IMG/VR virus record: IMGVR_UViG_3300038416_000073 | Coordinates: 1-29,628 of that record | DNA: 29,628 bases | From: a virus | Lineage: Duplodnaviria; Caudoviricetes | Direction: 5' to 3' (one strand) | Shown here: one piece after another, positions 1 to 6,072 of the stretch | How the letters are laid out: the number at the start of each line of letters is the position of its first letter | How positions within the stretch are numbered: the first letter of the stretch is position 1 | The notes under the pieces: model-generated | Seen by the model: only the letters and a program-made list of their open reading frames with translations | Told to the model about the DNA's origin: nothing | The model's database searches: none | Program-made: the position numbers and the translations under genes

Positions 1-1
1 A

Positions 2-241
2 CGCTTTTGACAAACTCAGTTTCCTTTTCCATTCGCGTTGTTCGGGTGTGCTTTCCCAACGACCGCGTTCTGCGGCAACCTGAGCTACACCGCGATAATC
101 AATCGCAAAGCCTTGGTTGGCAAACCATCGTACTTTGTGATCTTCACAGCAGAATCGCTTCGGTTGGCGGCAAATCTCTCCGCACTCCATGCAGCGATTG
201 GGCAGCATTGCGGCGGCGGTTCCGTAGCATAATGGACTCAT
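2..241 (-). CDS. Small Zn-ribbon protein, partial (runs off left edge)
   Basis: Manual translation MSPLCYGTAAAMLPNRCMECGEICRQPKRFCCEDHKVRWF...; CxxC...FC motif; ATGA overlap with upstream ORF. Confidence 0.6.
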   Translation of the reverse strand, partial: MSPLCYGTAAAMLPNRCMECGEICRQPKRFCCEDHKVRWFANQGFAIDYRGVAQVAAERGRWESTPEQREWKRKLSLSKA

Positions 242-465
242 GGTGTCACCTTTGTTTTCTCGCTGAAGTGATTCTCAAATTCGCGGCGCAAAGGACCATC
301 CGGTAAAGTGCGCCAGTCTGTGCCGTTCTTTTTCAGTGTTTCGAGACATTTGTCTTTGTGGATAGGCACAGTTTGGTTTAATAAGATTTCTTTGAGAAAT
401 GTATCACCGCAAAGAATGCACTCTCCGAGATTTCCCCCTATTCCAGGTATCGAAATTCTCATCAC
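238..465 (-). CDS. Hypothetical small protein with CxxC and HxxxC
   Basis: ORF track; fits the coupled leftward operon. Confidence 0.6.
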   Translation of the reverse strand: MMRISIPGIGGNLGECILCGDTFLKEILLNQTVPIHKDKCLETLKKNGTDWRTLPDGPLRREFENHFSEKTKVTP

Positions 466-466
466 T

Positions 467-505
467 TCACTCTCGAATTATTTTCTGGATTTCTTCGGGT
501 TGCAT
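467..505 (-). CDS. 12-aa mini-ORF (MQPEEIQKIIRE)
   Basis: GAGGT Shine-Dalgarno upstream of the ATG; fills the gap between the SSB-like gene and the next gene. Confidence 0.3.
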   Translation of the reverse strand: MQPEEIQKIIRE

Positions 506-513
506 GAAATACC

Positions 514-1248
514 TCAAAATGGAATGGTTTGTCCGTCCACTTCGTCATCCTGCATGTTGTCGGGAAGATCGGCGTAGGTTATCTCCAAGCTGTCGTCGCT
601 GGTAGCTTGGAAGATCGTGGTTGAATCCGTCGATGCGTACCAATTGCAGTTGTCGTAATCTTCAGGCGGAGGCGCCTGTGGCTCTGCCGGCTTCTCCGGC
701 AATATCTGCGCGTCGATCTTCTTGCGCAGCCATTCGGGGAGTTGCTGATATGTGGCCGTGTTGTCGGGCGAGTAAACCACGGCCGCAATCTCGGGGATGA
801 TGGTTTTGCGATCAATCCCCTTGGGCAGCGGTCCTATGCCCGTGATGTTGGCGTATGTCTTGTCGCCTTTCTGGGTATGCATGACAGTCAACATGCAGGG
901 CTTGCCGAGCACGGCCGCAACGTCGAATTGCGCTGCCTCTTCGTCCGTGAATTGCCGGCCGCGCCAGCTTTCCAGGTGATGCCGCAATGTGGCTTTTTCG
1001 TTCATGCTGGCCGTATAGGTTTTGCCAATCACCATGGGGCCAACCTGCTTCTTGCCATCCTTCGTGAATTCAATGCGCTCGTTTGGCAGTTCCCAGCGCA
1101 CATAGACTTGCTGCTTTGCCTGTGGATACAGCGTCGATCCAGACTGCAATCCCAAGTCGCAGACGCAATCGCAAACTGCGATATGGCTGCCGGCTGGAAC
1201 CGGATCGAAATCGACCCCTCCGCTTTTTGCTGGATAATGCAATGGCAT
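514..1248 (-). CDS. Phage single-stranded DNA-binding/replication protein (OB-fold, NGO0469-like)
   Basis: F-x-P-V-P-A-G-x-H-x-A start; SMNEKATLR..LESWRG and LGKPCMLTV motifs; acidic tail ending DDEVDGQTIPF like the SSB C-terminal tip; GAGGAG RBS. Confidence 0.8.
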   Translation of the reverse strand: MPLHYPAKSGGVDFDPVPAGSHIAVCDCVCDLGLQSGSTLYPQAKQQVYVRWELPNERIEFTKDGKKQVGPMVIGKTYTASMNEKATLRHHLESWRGRQFTDEEAAQFDVAAVLGKPCMLTVMHTQKGDKTYANITGIGPLPKGIDRKTIIPEIAAVVYSPDNTATYQQLPEWLRKKIDAQILPEKPAEPQAPPPEDYDNCNWYASTDSTTIFQATSDDSLEITYADLPDNMQDDEVDGQTIPF

Positions 1249-1258
1249 ATCTCTCTCC

Positions 1259-1459
1259 TCAATCTTCGGTTAAATGAAAATGCTCTAACACCCTCGGCGG
1301 CAGGTAGTGTGTCCGGTAATGCTTTCTCACCCAGTCGCGCACGAGAATGCTTCTCAGCGCGTCATCTTCCCGCATGTGCAGCGTTTCCAGAAGCTCCTGC
1401 CACGCGCTCAGGCGCGGCGGAACCTTGGGGATGAAGGGCGCTAAGTGCGGGTGCTTCAT
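1259..1459 (-). CDS. Hypothetical protein (MKHPHLAPF...)
   Basis: ATGA overlap with the stop of 1456..1716; GAGG RBS. Confidence 0.6.
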   Translation of the reverse strand: MKHPHLAPFIPKVPPRLSAWQELLETLHMREDDALRSILVRDWVRKHYRTHYLPPRVLEHFHLTED

Positions 1460-1716
1460 TTGGGCGTATCCTCGGCCACTTCCGCGACGTGAGCCTTGTA
1501 CCAAACAAAGATCACATCATTGGCAATGACCGTATTAACAATGATGCCGCGCCCCTTCATTGCTTGTCTGATCTGTTGACGAAAACTGTTGCCCGCCTTG
1601 TCGGCGGGGCAAGGCACAATAACAGATTTTCCAAGTTCTTTAGCTTGCAGTACAGCTTCTTCCAACTCGTCAAACTCATTGCGAAATTGCGGAATCTCTG
1701 CAAAATTAAACGCCAT
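1456..1716 (-). CDS. Hypothetical small protein, possibly DNA-binding
   Basis: ORF with GAGGA RBS; coupled to the downstream gene. Confidence 0.65.
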   Translation of the reverse strand: MAFNFAEIPQFRNEFDELEEAVLQAKELGKSVIVPCPADKAGNSFRQQIRQAMKGRGIIVNTVIANDVIFVWYKAHVAEVAEDTPK

Positions 1717-1777
1717 TGCTTCCTCAATTCTGTCGCGCGCTGCGCGTCCTCGAGATCCTTCATGCGCTGTTCTAGTG

Positions 1778-2245
1778 TCATGCGCGATCCTCGAACTTCC
1801 TGTCCAGAAACTCGTTCACGCGATCTACAAACGGTTGCTCCTCGCGCCGGCACACACACGCCGAAGTCAACGCGCCGCACTCAAAACAGCGTTGCACAAC
1901 CTGCTCAACAATCATGCGCCGCCATGCAATGTACCAAGCTGCCGCCGGCCCTGCCAGCGCGAGGAACGCGACGATGGCGAGTGCGGTCTTCCAGCCAACA
2001 AAGAAATGCAGGCAGATGGCAAACATGGCCGCTGCGCTAGCGAAGACGTAGACGCGGAGCGCGTTGGAGACTACCGGCGTGTCATTGTACATCTCTTCCA
2101 TGCGCTCGCGGACAGCAGCAGGCACATGCCAGTTACACCATCCACCTTTAGGGCACACCTGCAAGTGTCCTGCCGGAATGAGCTGCCCGCATTCGACGCA
2201 AGTAGACTCAGGCCACACTACCGGCTTTTGGTCGATCTGTTCCAT
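1778..2245 (-). CDS. Membrane protein with two TM helices flanked by Cys clusters
   Basis: CVECG..CPKGGWC, hydrophobic helices, CFECG..CVC; AAGGA RBS. Confidence 0.7.
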   Translation of the reverse strand: MEQIDQKPVVWPESTCVECGQLIPAGHLQVCPKGGWCNWHVPAAVRERMEEMYNDTPVVSNALRVYVFASAAAMFAICLHFFVGWKTALAIVAFLALAGPAAAWYIAWRRMIVEQVVQRCFECGALTSACVCRREEQPFVDRVNEFLDRKFEDRA

Positions 2246-2331
2246 TGCGTGTATCCTTCCTTGGCTGCGTACAGGCTGCGCGACACCCCCACAGCCAGCA
2301 CTGCGATCATTGCGGCGAAGATGACGATCAT
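2218..2331 (-). CDS. Small membrane protein (MIVIFAAMIAVLAVG...)
   Basis: GGAGG RBS, ATGA overlap, hydrophobic N-terminus. Confidence 0.5.
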   Translation of the reverse strand: MIVIFAAMIAVLAVGVSRSLYAAKEGYTQWNRSTKSR

Positions 2332-2540
2332 GGCGTAGCCTCCCAAGTTGTCGCCTGGCTGCATTCCTCTATCTTTCCGTCTCTCCAAATCCGCACAACC
2401 CCGACCTCGCACGGTGATGGTGATTTCTGTAGCGCCCTTATCTGTTCGCGCAAATTCTCATTGTCGCTTCGCAGGAATGCGTTATTAACGACTAGTCCCA
2501 AGAGCCCAAGAACGACGCAAATTACTGCGAGAGTACGCAT
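2328..2540 (-). CDS. Small membrane-anchored coiled-coil protein
   Basis: N-terminal TM helix then LRSDNENLREQIRAL heptads; TGATG coupling. Confidence 0.6.
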   Translation of the reverse strand: MRTLAVICVVLGLLGLVVNNAFLRSDNENLREQIRALQKSPSPCEVGVVRIWRDGKIEECSQATTWEATP

Positions 2541-2623
2541 CACCACTCCCTCTCCGCCGGCAGAATCATCATCAGCGCGATAGCCGCAAACGGCACGATG
2601 CAGAACAATTCAAGCAGCGTCAT
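2540..2623 (-). CDS. 27-aa membrane peptide (MTLLELFCIVPFAAIALMMILPAEREW)
   Basis: Manual translation; start and stop overlap both neighbours. Confidence 0.5.
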   Translation of the reverse strand: MTLLELFCIVPFAAIALMMILPAEREW

Positions 2624-2847
2624 AAATTCCCTTTTTCCTTGCAAACCGAGCAATGACATGGTCCCCACAATACGGCCTTAAACACAAAGGGTGCCGCTAC
2701 TGCCATCAGTCCACAACATAGGATTAAGTCGTCATCGTGTCCCGCGACCATATCCCAAGCGGTCGAGATAGCCAACGCCTCGATAATTGCGACACACACC
2801 GCCCACCATACCCATCGCCCCTTGATGCTCATACAATTTGCCATCAC
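2620..2847 (-). CDS. Small two-TM membrane protein with C-terminal CxCxxC
   Basis: ORF track; hydrophobic helices; coupled. Confidence 0.6.
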   Translation of the reverse strand: MMANCMSIKGRWVWWAVCVAIIEALAISTAWDMVAGHDDDLILCCGLMAVAAPFVFKAVLWGPCHCSVCKEKGNL

Positions 2848-2885
2848 TTCACCTTGATTTCAGACGCGATTCCAAGCAGCGTCAT
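2844..2885 (-). CDS. 13-aa linker mini-ORF (MTLLGIASEIKVK)
   Basis: ATGA overlap with the upstream stop and GTGA overlap with the downstream start; built from repeat sequence. Confidence 0.4.
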   Translation of the reverse strand: MTLLGIASEIKVK

Positions 2886-3028
2886 TTCTTGTCTTCTTTC
2901 TTGCAGATCACCGCGTGTATGTCTTCGACCATTGGTCCGATGCAAACATGGATCGCGACAATACCGACAAAAATACCAACAAGGAGGGCGAACGCGAGTA
3001 CTGAAAACAGAGCTATCAGATCTATCAT
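2882..3028 (-). CDS. 48-aa single-TM protein (MIDLIALFSVLAFALLVG...)
   Basis: Manual translation; AAGGTG RBS; ATGA overlaps at both ends. Confidence 0.6.
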   Translation of the reverse strand: MIDLIALFSVLAFALLVGIFVGIVAIHVCIGPMVEDIHAVICKKEDKK

Positions 3029-3093
3029 TTGTTCACCTTGATTCCCGACGCGATCCCGACGCCATGCGCCGCAATGCCGGTGTAGGTCTTCAT
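3025..3093 (-). CDS. 22-aa linker mini-ORF (MKTYTGIAAHGVGIASGIKVNK)
   Basis: ATGA overlaps at both ends; encodes the duplicated C-terminus of the 3352..3798 protein. Confidence 0.45.
   Translation of the reverse strand: MKTYTGIAAHGVGIASGIKVNK
3039..3078. repeat. 40-bp exact direct repeat, copy 2
   Basis: TGATTCCCGACGCGATCCCGACGCCATGCGCCGCAATGCC identical to 3363-3402; a degenerate partial copy at 2848-2873 matches 3032-3057 at 23/26. Confidence 0.95.
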
Positions 3094-3350
3094 ACCTTCC
3101 ATGCTTTCGCGGCTACACGATTCTCGCGGATCATAGCTCTCTTGTCTGGTTTCTCGCCATACTCCAGATCTAACGGATGCATGGGAGAATCGCACTTATT
3201 CCCGTCGAAGCGCACGTGCACATATTGGTCATATACGCGCTTTTTGACGACCGTTCCGGTGCGCACGACGCGGTGAGTATCTTTCATAGTCACGCGCTGG
3301 CCAACTTCGACAGGCACCCCGTAATATTGCTTCACGTATTCGTAAGCCAT
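3090..3350 (-). CDS. Small SH3-like phage protein (MAYEYVKQYYGVPVEVGQRV...)
   Basis: Y-V-x-x-Y-Y-G-V-P...G-x-R-V...H-P pattern recalled from small phage proteins; GGAG RBS; start taken at ATG 3350. Confidence 0.75.
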   Translation of the reverse strand: MAYEYVKQYYGVPVEVGQRVTMKDTHRVVRTGTVVKKRVYDQYVHVRFDGNKCDSPMHPLDLEYGEKPDKRAMIRENRVAAKAWKV

Positions 3351-3351
3351 C

Positions 3352-3798
3352 TCATCTCTCCCTGATTCCCGACGCGATCCCGACGCCATGCGCCGCAATG
3401 CCCACGACCGGCGCAATCCACCAGAAGCGCGAGTGGCGCCGCTTCAAGTAATAGCTGTCCACAATGCCGCCGCCGACGAAGGCAAAGCCCAGCCCAAGCT
3501 GTCCACCAAGTGACGACGGCATCAGCGGATTTCCCTCTTTGCATGTGCCCGCATTGATGCAGTGACGCGTCATCTGTACGTCCAGCAACATCATCTCCAG
3601 ATGCACACCGTTGATCAGGTAATAGCGCGCGTCAACGGTGTGCTGCGGGGGAGGGCTGAACTTGTACGGCTCTGCCACATACGGCGCCGGCGCAGCGACG
3701 ACGCTTGCCGGCTGCGCAAGCTCGGGCAGAGCGAGCTTGACCTGCTGGGCACTAGACGCCGATGCTGCCAGAAGTACGACTAACGCGAGATGCCTTAT
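3352..3798 (-). CDS. Exported/membrane protein with C..C-EGNPLMP motif (Acidobacteria-type, DUF5658-like)
   Basis: Signal peptide RHLALVVLLAASASSAQ, Pro-rich linker, HCINAGTCKEGNPLMP, terminal TM helices; start uncertain (ATA at 3798 proposed, ORF track gives 3900). Confidence 0.7.
   Translation of the reverse strand: MRHLALVVLLAASASSAQQVKLALPELAQPASVVAAPAPYVAEPYKFSPPPQHTVDARYYLINGVHLEMMLLDVQMTRHCINAGTCKEGNPLMPSSLGGQLGLGFAFVGGGIVDSYYLKRRHSRFWWIAPVVGIAAHGVGIASGIRER
3363..3402. repeat. 40-bp exact direct repeat, copy 1 (3' end of the membrane protein gene)
   Basis: Identical to 3039-3078. Confidence 0.95.
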
Positions 3799-3923
3799 GC
3801 GGCTGCCTTGACTTTCTTTGGTACATTCCACTTCGGTGAGTGGCAGTGCGGACATTGGCGCGGATTGCCTGGTATTCGTGTCTGCCATTTGTAGCCACAC
3901 CGCTTACAGTTTCTTGTTGCCAT
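3795..3923 (-). CDS. 42-aa zinc-ribbon protein (MATRNCKRCGYKWQTRIPGNPRQCPHCHSPKWNVPKKVKAAA)
   Basis: CxxCGxxW...CPxCxSxxW zinc-ribbon pattern; ATG 7 nt downstream of a consensus -10; absent from the ORF track. Confidence 0.85.
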   Translation of the reverse strand: MATRNCKRCGYKWQTRIPGNPRQCPHCHSPKWNVPKKVKAAA

Positions 3924-3930
3924 GTGCACC

Positions 3931-3959
3931 AGAATAAATGGTTATCATAATCATGTCAA
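3931..3959 (-). promoter_or_regulatory. Sigma70-type promoter with a palindromic operator in the spacer
   Basis: TTGACA (3959-3954), 17 bp, TATTCT (3936-3931); ATGGTTAT-C-ATAATCAT near-palindrome at 3938-3954. Confidence 0.8.
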
Positions 3960-3968
3960 GAATTATTT

Positions 3969-4292
3969 TCACCGCGCCAGAATCTTGCCCACGGCGCCCA
4001 CCGTCCAGGGCTTGCCGCTGCGCGCAACCGTGCCTTGTAGGTGCAAGTCGTCGGTGATCTTCTGGAGCGTCATACCGGCAGCTCGTGCCTGTCGCATCCA
4101 TTCCAGCGTCTCCGCCTCGCCGGGCTTGCTGCCATAGGGCAATCTGCCCTCGCGCCAGTCCGGATCCGCAATTCGCCGGCGTTCCTTGGCGCCGCGCATT
4201 TTGAGCACGATTACGCACCGCTCAAACTCGCTCACGGCGCTTAGAATCTGGCGCACCAGCTTTGCAGTCGGGTTCGAGTCGTCGCCTTTCAT
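3969..4292 (-). CDS. N-terminally truncated serine recombinase (helix E plus recombinase DNA-binding domain)
   Basis: PTAKLVRQILSAVSEFER..I..., GRLPYG, G.TL..I...L...G...RSGKPW....V.KIL; no catalytic YxRxS domain; own AAAGGA RBS. Confidence 0.8.
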   Translation of the reverse strand: MKGDDSNPTAKLVRQILSAVSEFERCVIVLKMRGAKERRRIADPDWREGRLPYGSKPGEAETLEWMRQARAAGMTLQKITDDLHLQGTVARSGKPWTVGAVGKILAR

Positions 4293-4293
4293 A

Positions 4294-4554
4294 TCAGAAT
4301 CCTTTCTTTCCTGGTCGATACGCGTTAAGCGCGTTGGCGATTCTGTGCGCCATGGTGTGCGACACGGCCCGCGCGATCAGCTCGCTTCCCTTGAGTACCT
4401 GCTGCTTGACGGCGACAAAGATGGGAAGCCGGCTCCGCGCTACTGTCTGCGGATCGCCGCCCTCCTTGAGATAGAGCATCCGCGTCTCCTCGTCGGCCAG
4501 GAACTCGGCAGCGTCGTAGACGCGGGGCAAGCGCTTGTGCGGGGGAGTGCTCAT
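4294..4554 (-). CDS. Hypothetical protein; N-terminus resembles addiction-module antidote proteins
   Basis: YDAAEFLADEE..LYLKE.GDP pattern; ATGA overlap with the upstream gene. Confidence 0.55.
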   Translation of the reverse strand: MSTPPHKRLPRVYDAAEFLADEETRMLYLKEGGDPQTVARSRLPIFVAVKQQVLKGSELIARAVSHTMAHRIANALNAYRPGKKGF

Positions 4555-4748
4555 GCGCGATCTAAGGCCCGCTCGCCTTCGTGAATCCTGCCATAGCAAT
4601 CGCACTGCATCGCGTCAGGATGACCGCAGCGCGTGTAGAAGCCAGACTCGATCCACGCCTGATTGCGGTAATCGAACCCAAAGCCATTCTCGTCAACAGC
4701 GATGCTGCGCTCTTCCAATTCCTGTATGTGTGTGGGAGTGAGTTTCAT
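4551..4748 (-). CDS. Small Cys/His phage protein
   Basis: FDYRNQAW...RCGHP...CDCYGRIHEGE motif; AAAGGAG RBS. Confidence 0.75.
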   Translation of the reverse strand: MKLTPTHIQELEERSIAVDENGFGFDYRNQAWIESGFYTRCGHPDAMQCDCYGRIHEGERALDRA

Positions 4749-4769
4749 GTGCTGAACTCCTTTCGGATG

Positions 4770-4785
4770 TGAGGGCGAACCCTCA
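4770..4785 (-). other. UUCG-loop hairpin upstream of an RBS
   Basis: Minus strand TGAGGG-TTCG-CCCTCA just before AAAGGAG. Confidence 0.5.
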
Positions 4786-4796
4786 TTGATTGATGG

Positions 4797-4937
4797 TTAC
4801 GAGACGAGGACAAAGAGAATGCGAATCACTATAGCTATAGCAATGACGGCGCCCACACAATGAACAAAGCACCGAAATCGGCGCCCTTCCCTTGCTATTG
4901 CCATTACGGCTTCCATTTCTTCATGTGTCATCGTCAT
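4797..4937 (-). CDS. 46-aa protein with C-terminal TM helix (MTMTHEEMEAVM...)
   Basis: Manual translation; GAGGA RBS; first gene of the leftward arm. Confidence 0.55.
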   Translation of the reverse strand: MTMTHEEMEAVMAIAREGRRFRCFVHCVGAVIAIAIVIRILFVLVS

Positions 4938-4954
4938 ATCCTCATTACAAAACA

Positions 4955-4984
4955 ACGATGCGCTTCATTCGCTAAACGTGTCAA
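4955..4984 (-). promoter_or_regulatory. Candidate leftward promoter
   Basis: TTGACA (4984-4979), 18 bp, weak -10 CATCGT. Confidence 0.4.
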
Positions 4985-5050
4985 GCGAATTATGAGGCGA
5001 TAAGCGAAGAGAGTTTCATGACATCAAAACTGTGTCGATAGCATCACAAC

Positions 5051-5167
5051 ATACATCATTTGGTGTTTACTACTCTGCCAACACTACAGGTTGTGGTTTA
5101 GGACTCAATCTGCGATTAGACCACAACCTATTGTGGTATCGGTTCCAGAAACCACAACCTATGGTGT
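5051..5167. promoter_or_regulatory. Four 16-bp NrdR-box-like imperfect palindromes
   Basis: ATACATCATTTGGTGT (5051), ACACTACAGGTTGTGG (5081), CCACAACCTATTGTGG (5121), CCACAACCTATGGTGT (5152); start-to-start spacing 30/40/31 bp. Confidence 0.6.
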
Positions 5168-5222
5168 TTACTATCTCGTCATCTTGACACGGTGCGGGAT
5201 AATAAAAGACACAGAGGCGTCC

Positions 5223-5393
5223 TTGAGAAGACAACAGCCAAACCAACCCAATCCTCTACATCCCCATCCTTCAATTAAGATCACTCACTGCCCTCCAGGT
5301 GCTCATGGACCACAATGGACGCGTGAAACTCTCCAGCGTGATCTGGTGAAGATTCTGGCCAGCGTCAAAGTCTCAGACTTCAAACCACGTTGA
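5223..5393 (+). CDS. Possible 56-aa protein (TTG start)
   Basis: GAGG RBS before TTG 5223; GATAAT -10-like element at 5198; 3' part of the ORF-track 5091..5393 frame. Confidence 0.35.
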   Translation: MRRQQPNQPNPLHPHPSIKITHCPPGAHGPQWTRETLQRDLVKILASVKVSDFKPR

Positions 5394-5500
5394 TTTATGC
5401 GCACTTACATCAATTCAATCACTTGCATCGCTATTTATACATCTATTCGACAACAAATCTTTCTTAGCTACGTCATGCAAACCAGTGATACGATAACCCC

Positions 5501-5716
5501 ATGGCGAGCAAATACAATTTACTGCTCGAGGATTTGCCGATTGAGATGCAGCGGGGATTGCGGTTAGCTTCCGCAACGCGAAATTCGCATCTGCGCGAAT
5601 TCATTATACTTACACTCTATGAGGCCATCGACCGTGCGCTTGCCGGCCGTATTGACTGGCGTTCTGGAGACGCTCGCACAGCTCCCATCCGCAATCTTCC
5701 CCCAGGTGCCCGCTGA
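5501..5716 (+). CDS. Ribbon-helix-helix (Arc/CopG-like) DNA-binding protein
   Basis: beta strand YNLLLEDLP, helix, then LREFIILTLYEAI; TACGAT -10-like element 6 nt before the ATG. Confidence 0.55.
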   Translation: MASKYNLLLEDLPIEMQRGLRLASATRNSHLREFIILTLYEAIDRALAGRIDWRSGDARTAPIRNLPPGAR

Positions 5717-5824
5717 ATGGGGGTATTTCTAGGGGTATATCGGCAATACAGCCCACCACACAATTGATTCTATGGACGTTACACATCGATATGAATCCTC
5801 GTGTAGCATTCGTGTGGCTGTGAT

Positions 5825-5916
5825 CCACCTGCGCCCCTGTGAGCCACCTGCGCCCGGTGGCGCCCAGCGTGCCGGCCCGCTGGCCCCCTCCCACCTCTCA
5901 ATTTTGCAGGAGGGGG
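5825..5916. repeat. GC-rich tandem hairpins and a 12-bp direct repeat
   Basis: CCACCTGCGCCC at 5825 and 5844; stems 5843-5861, 5864-5883, 5884-5916. Confidence 0.6.
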
Positions 5917-6037
5917 TATTGATGCGCATTCCGCCCGCCCAAAATTTATAGAAATTTCTGTTCTACTAGTAACTAGAGAGTAACCCCACAAAATAAATCT
6001 GTAGATTTCCCGTTTCGGGAATTTTGCTATTGTGTTC

Positions 6038-6065
6038 TTGACAGATCGCATGGTTGTGATACTGT
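6038..6065 (+). promoter_or_regulatory. Rightward sigma70-type promoter
   Basis: TTGACA 6038-6043, 16 bp, TG-n-TACTGT 6060-6065; GTG start 7 nt downstream. Confidence 0.6.
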
Positions 6066-6072
6066 GTATTAC

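Noticed and set aside
1557-1781. ORF MTLEQRMKDL... as a full 74-aa gene
   Set aside because: It has an RBS and ATGA coupling, but most of it overlaps the better-supported 1456..1716 gene; at most a remnant or linker
2848-3402. The 40-bp repeats as a CRISPR array or a DGR template/variable pair
   Set aside because: Intervals are whole genes of about 150-280 bp, there are no cas or reverse transcriptase genes, two copies are identical, and mismatches in the third are not adenine-specific
5184-5203. TTGACA...GATAAT as a consensus promoter
   Set aside because: The hexamers are only 8 bp apart, so they cannot belong to the same sigma70 promoter
5716-6030. tRNA or tmRNA in the intergenic region
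   Set aside because: No T-loop GTTCGA motif, cloverleaf or CCA end found by eye
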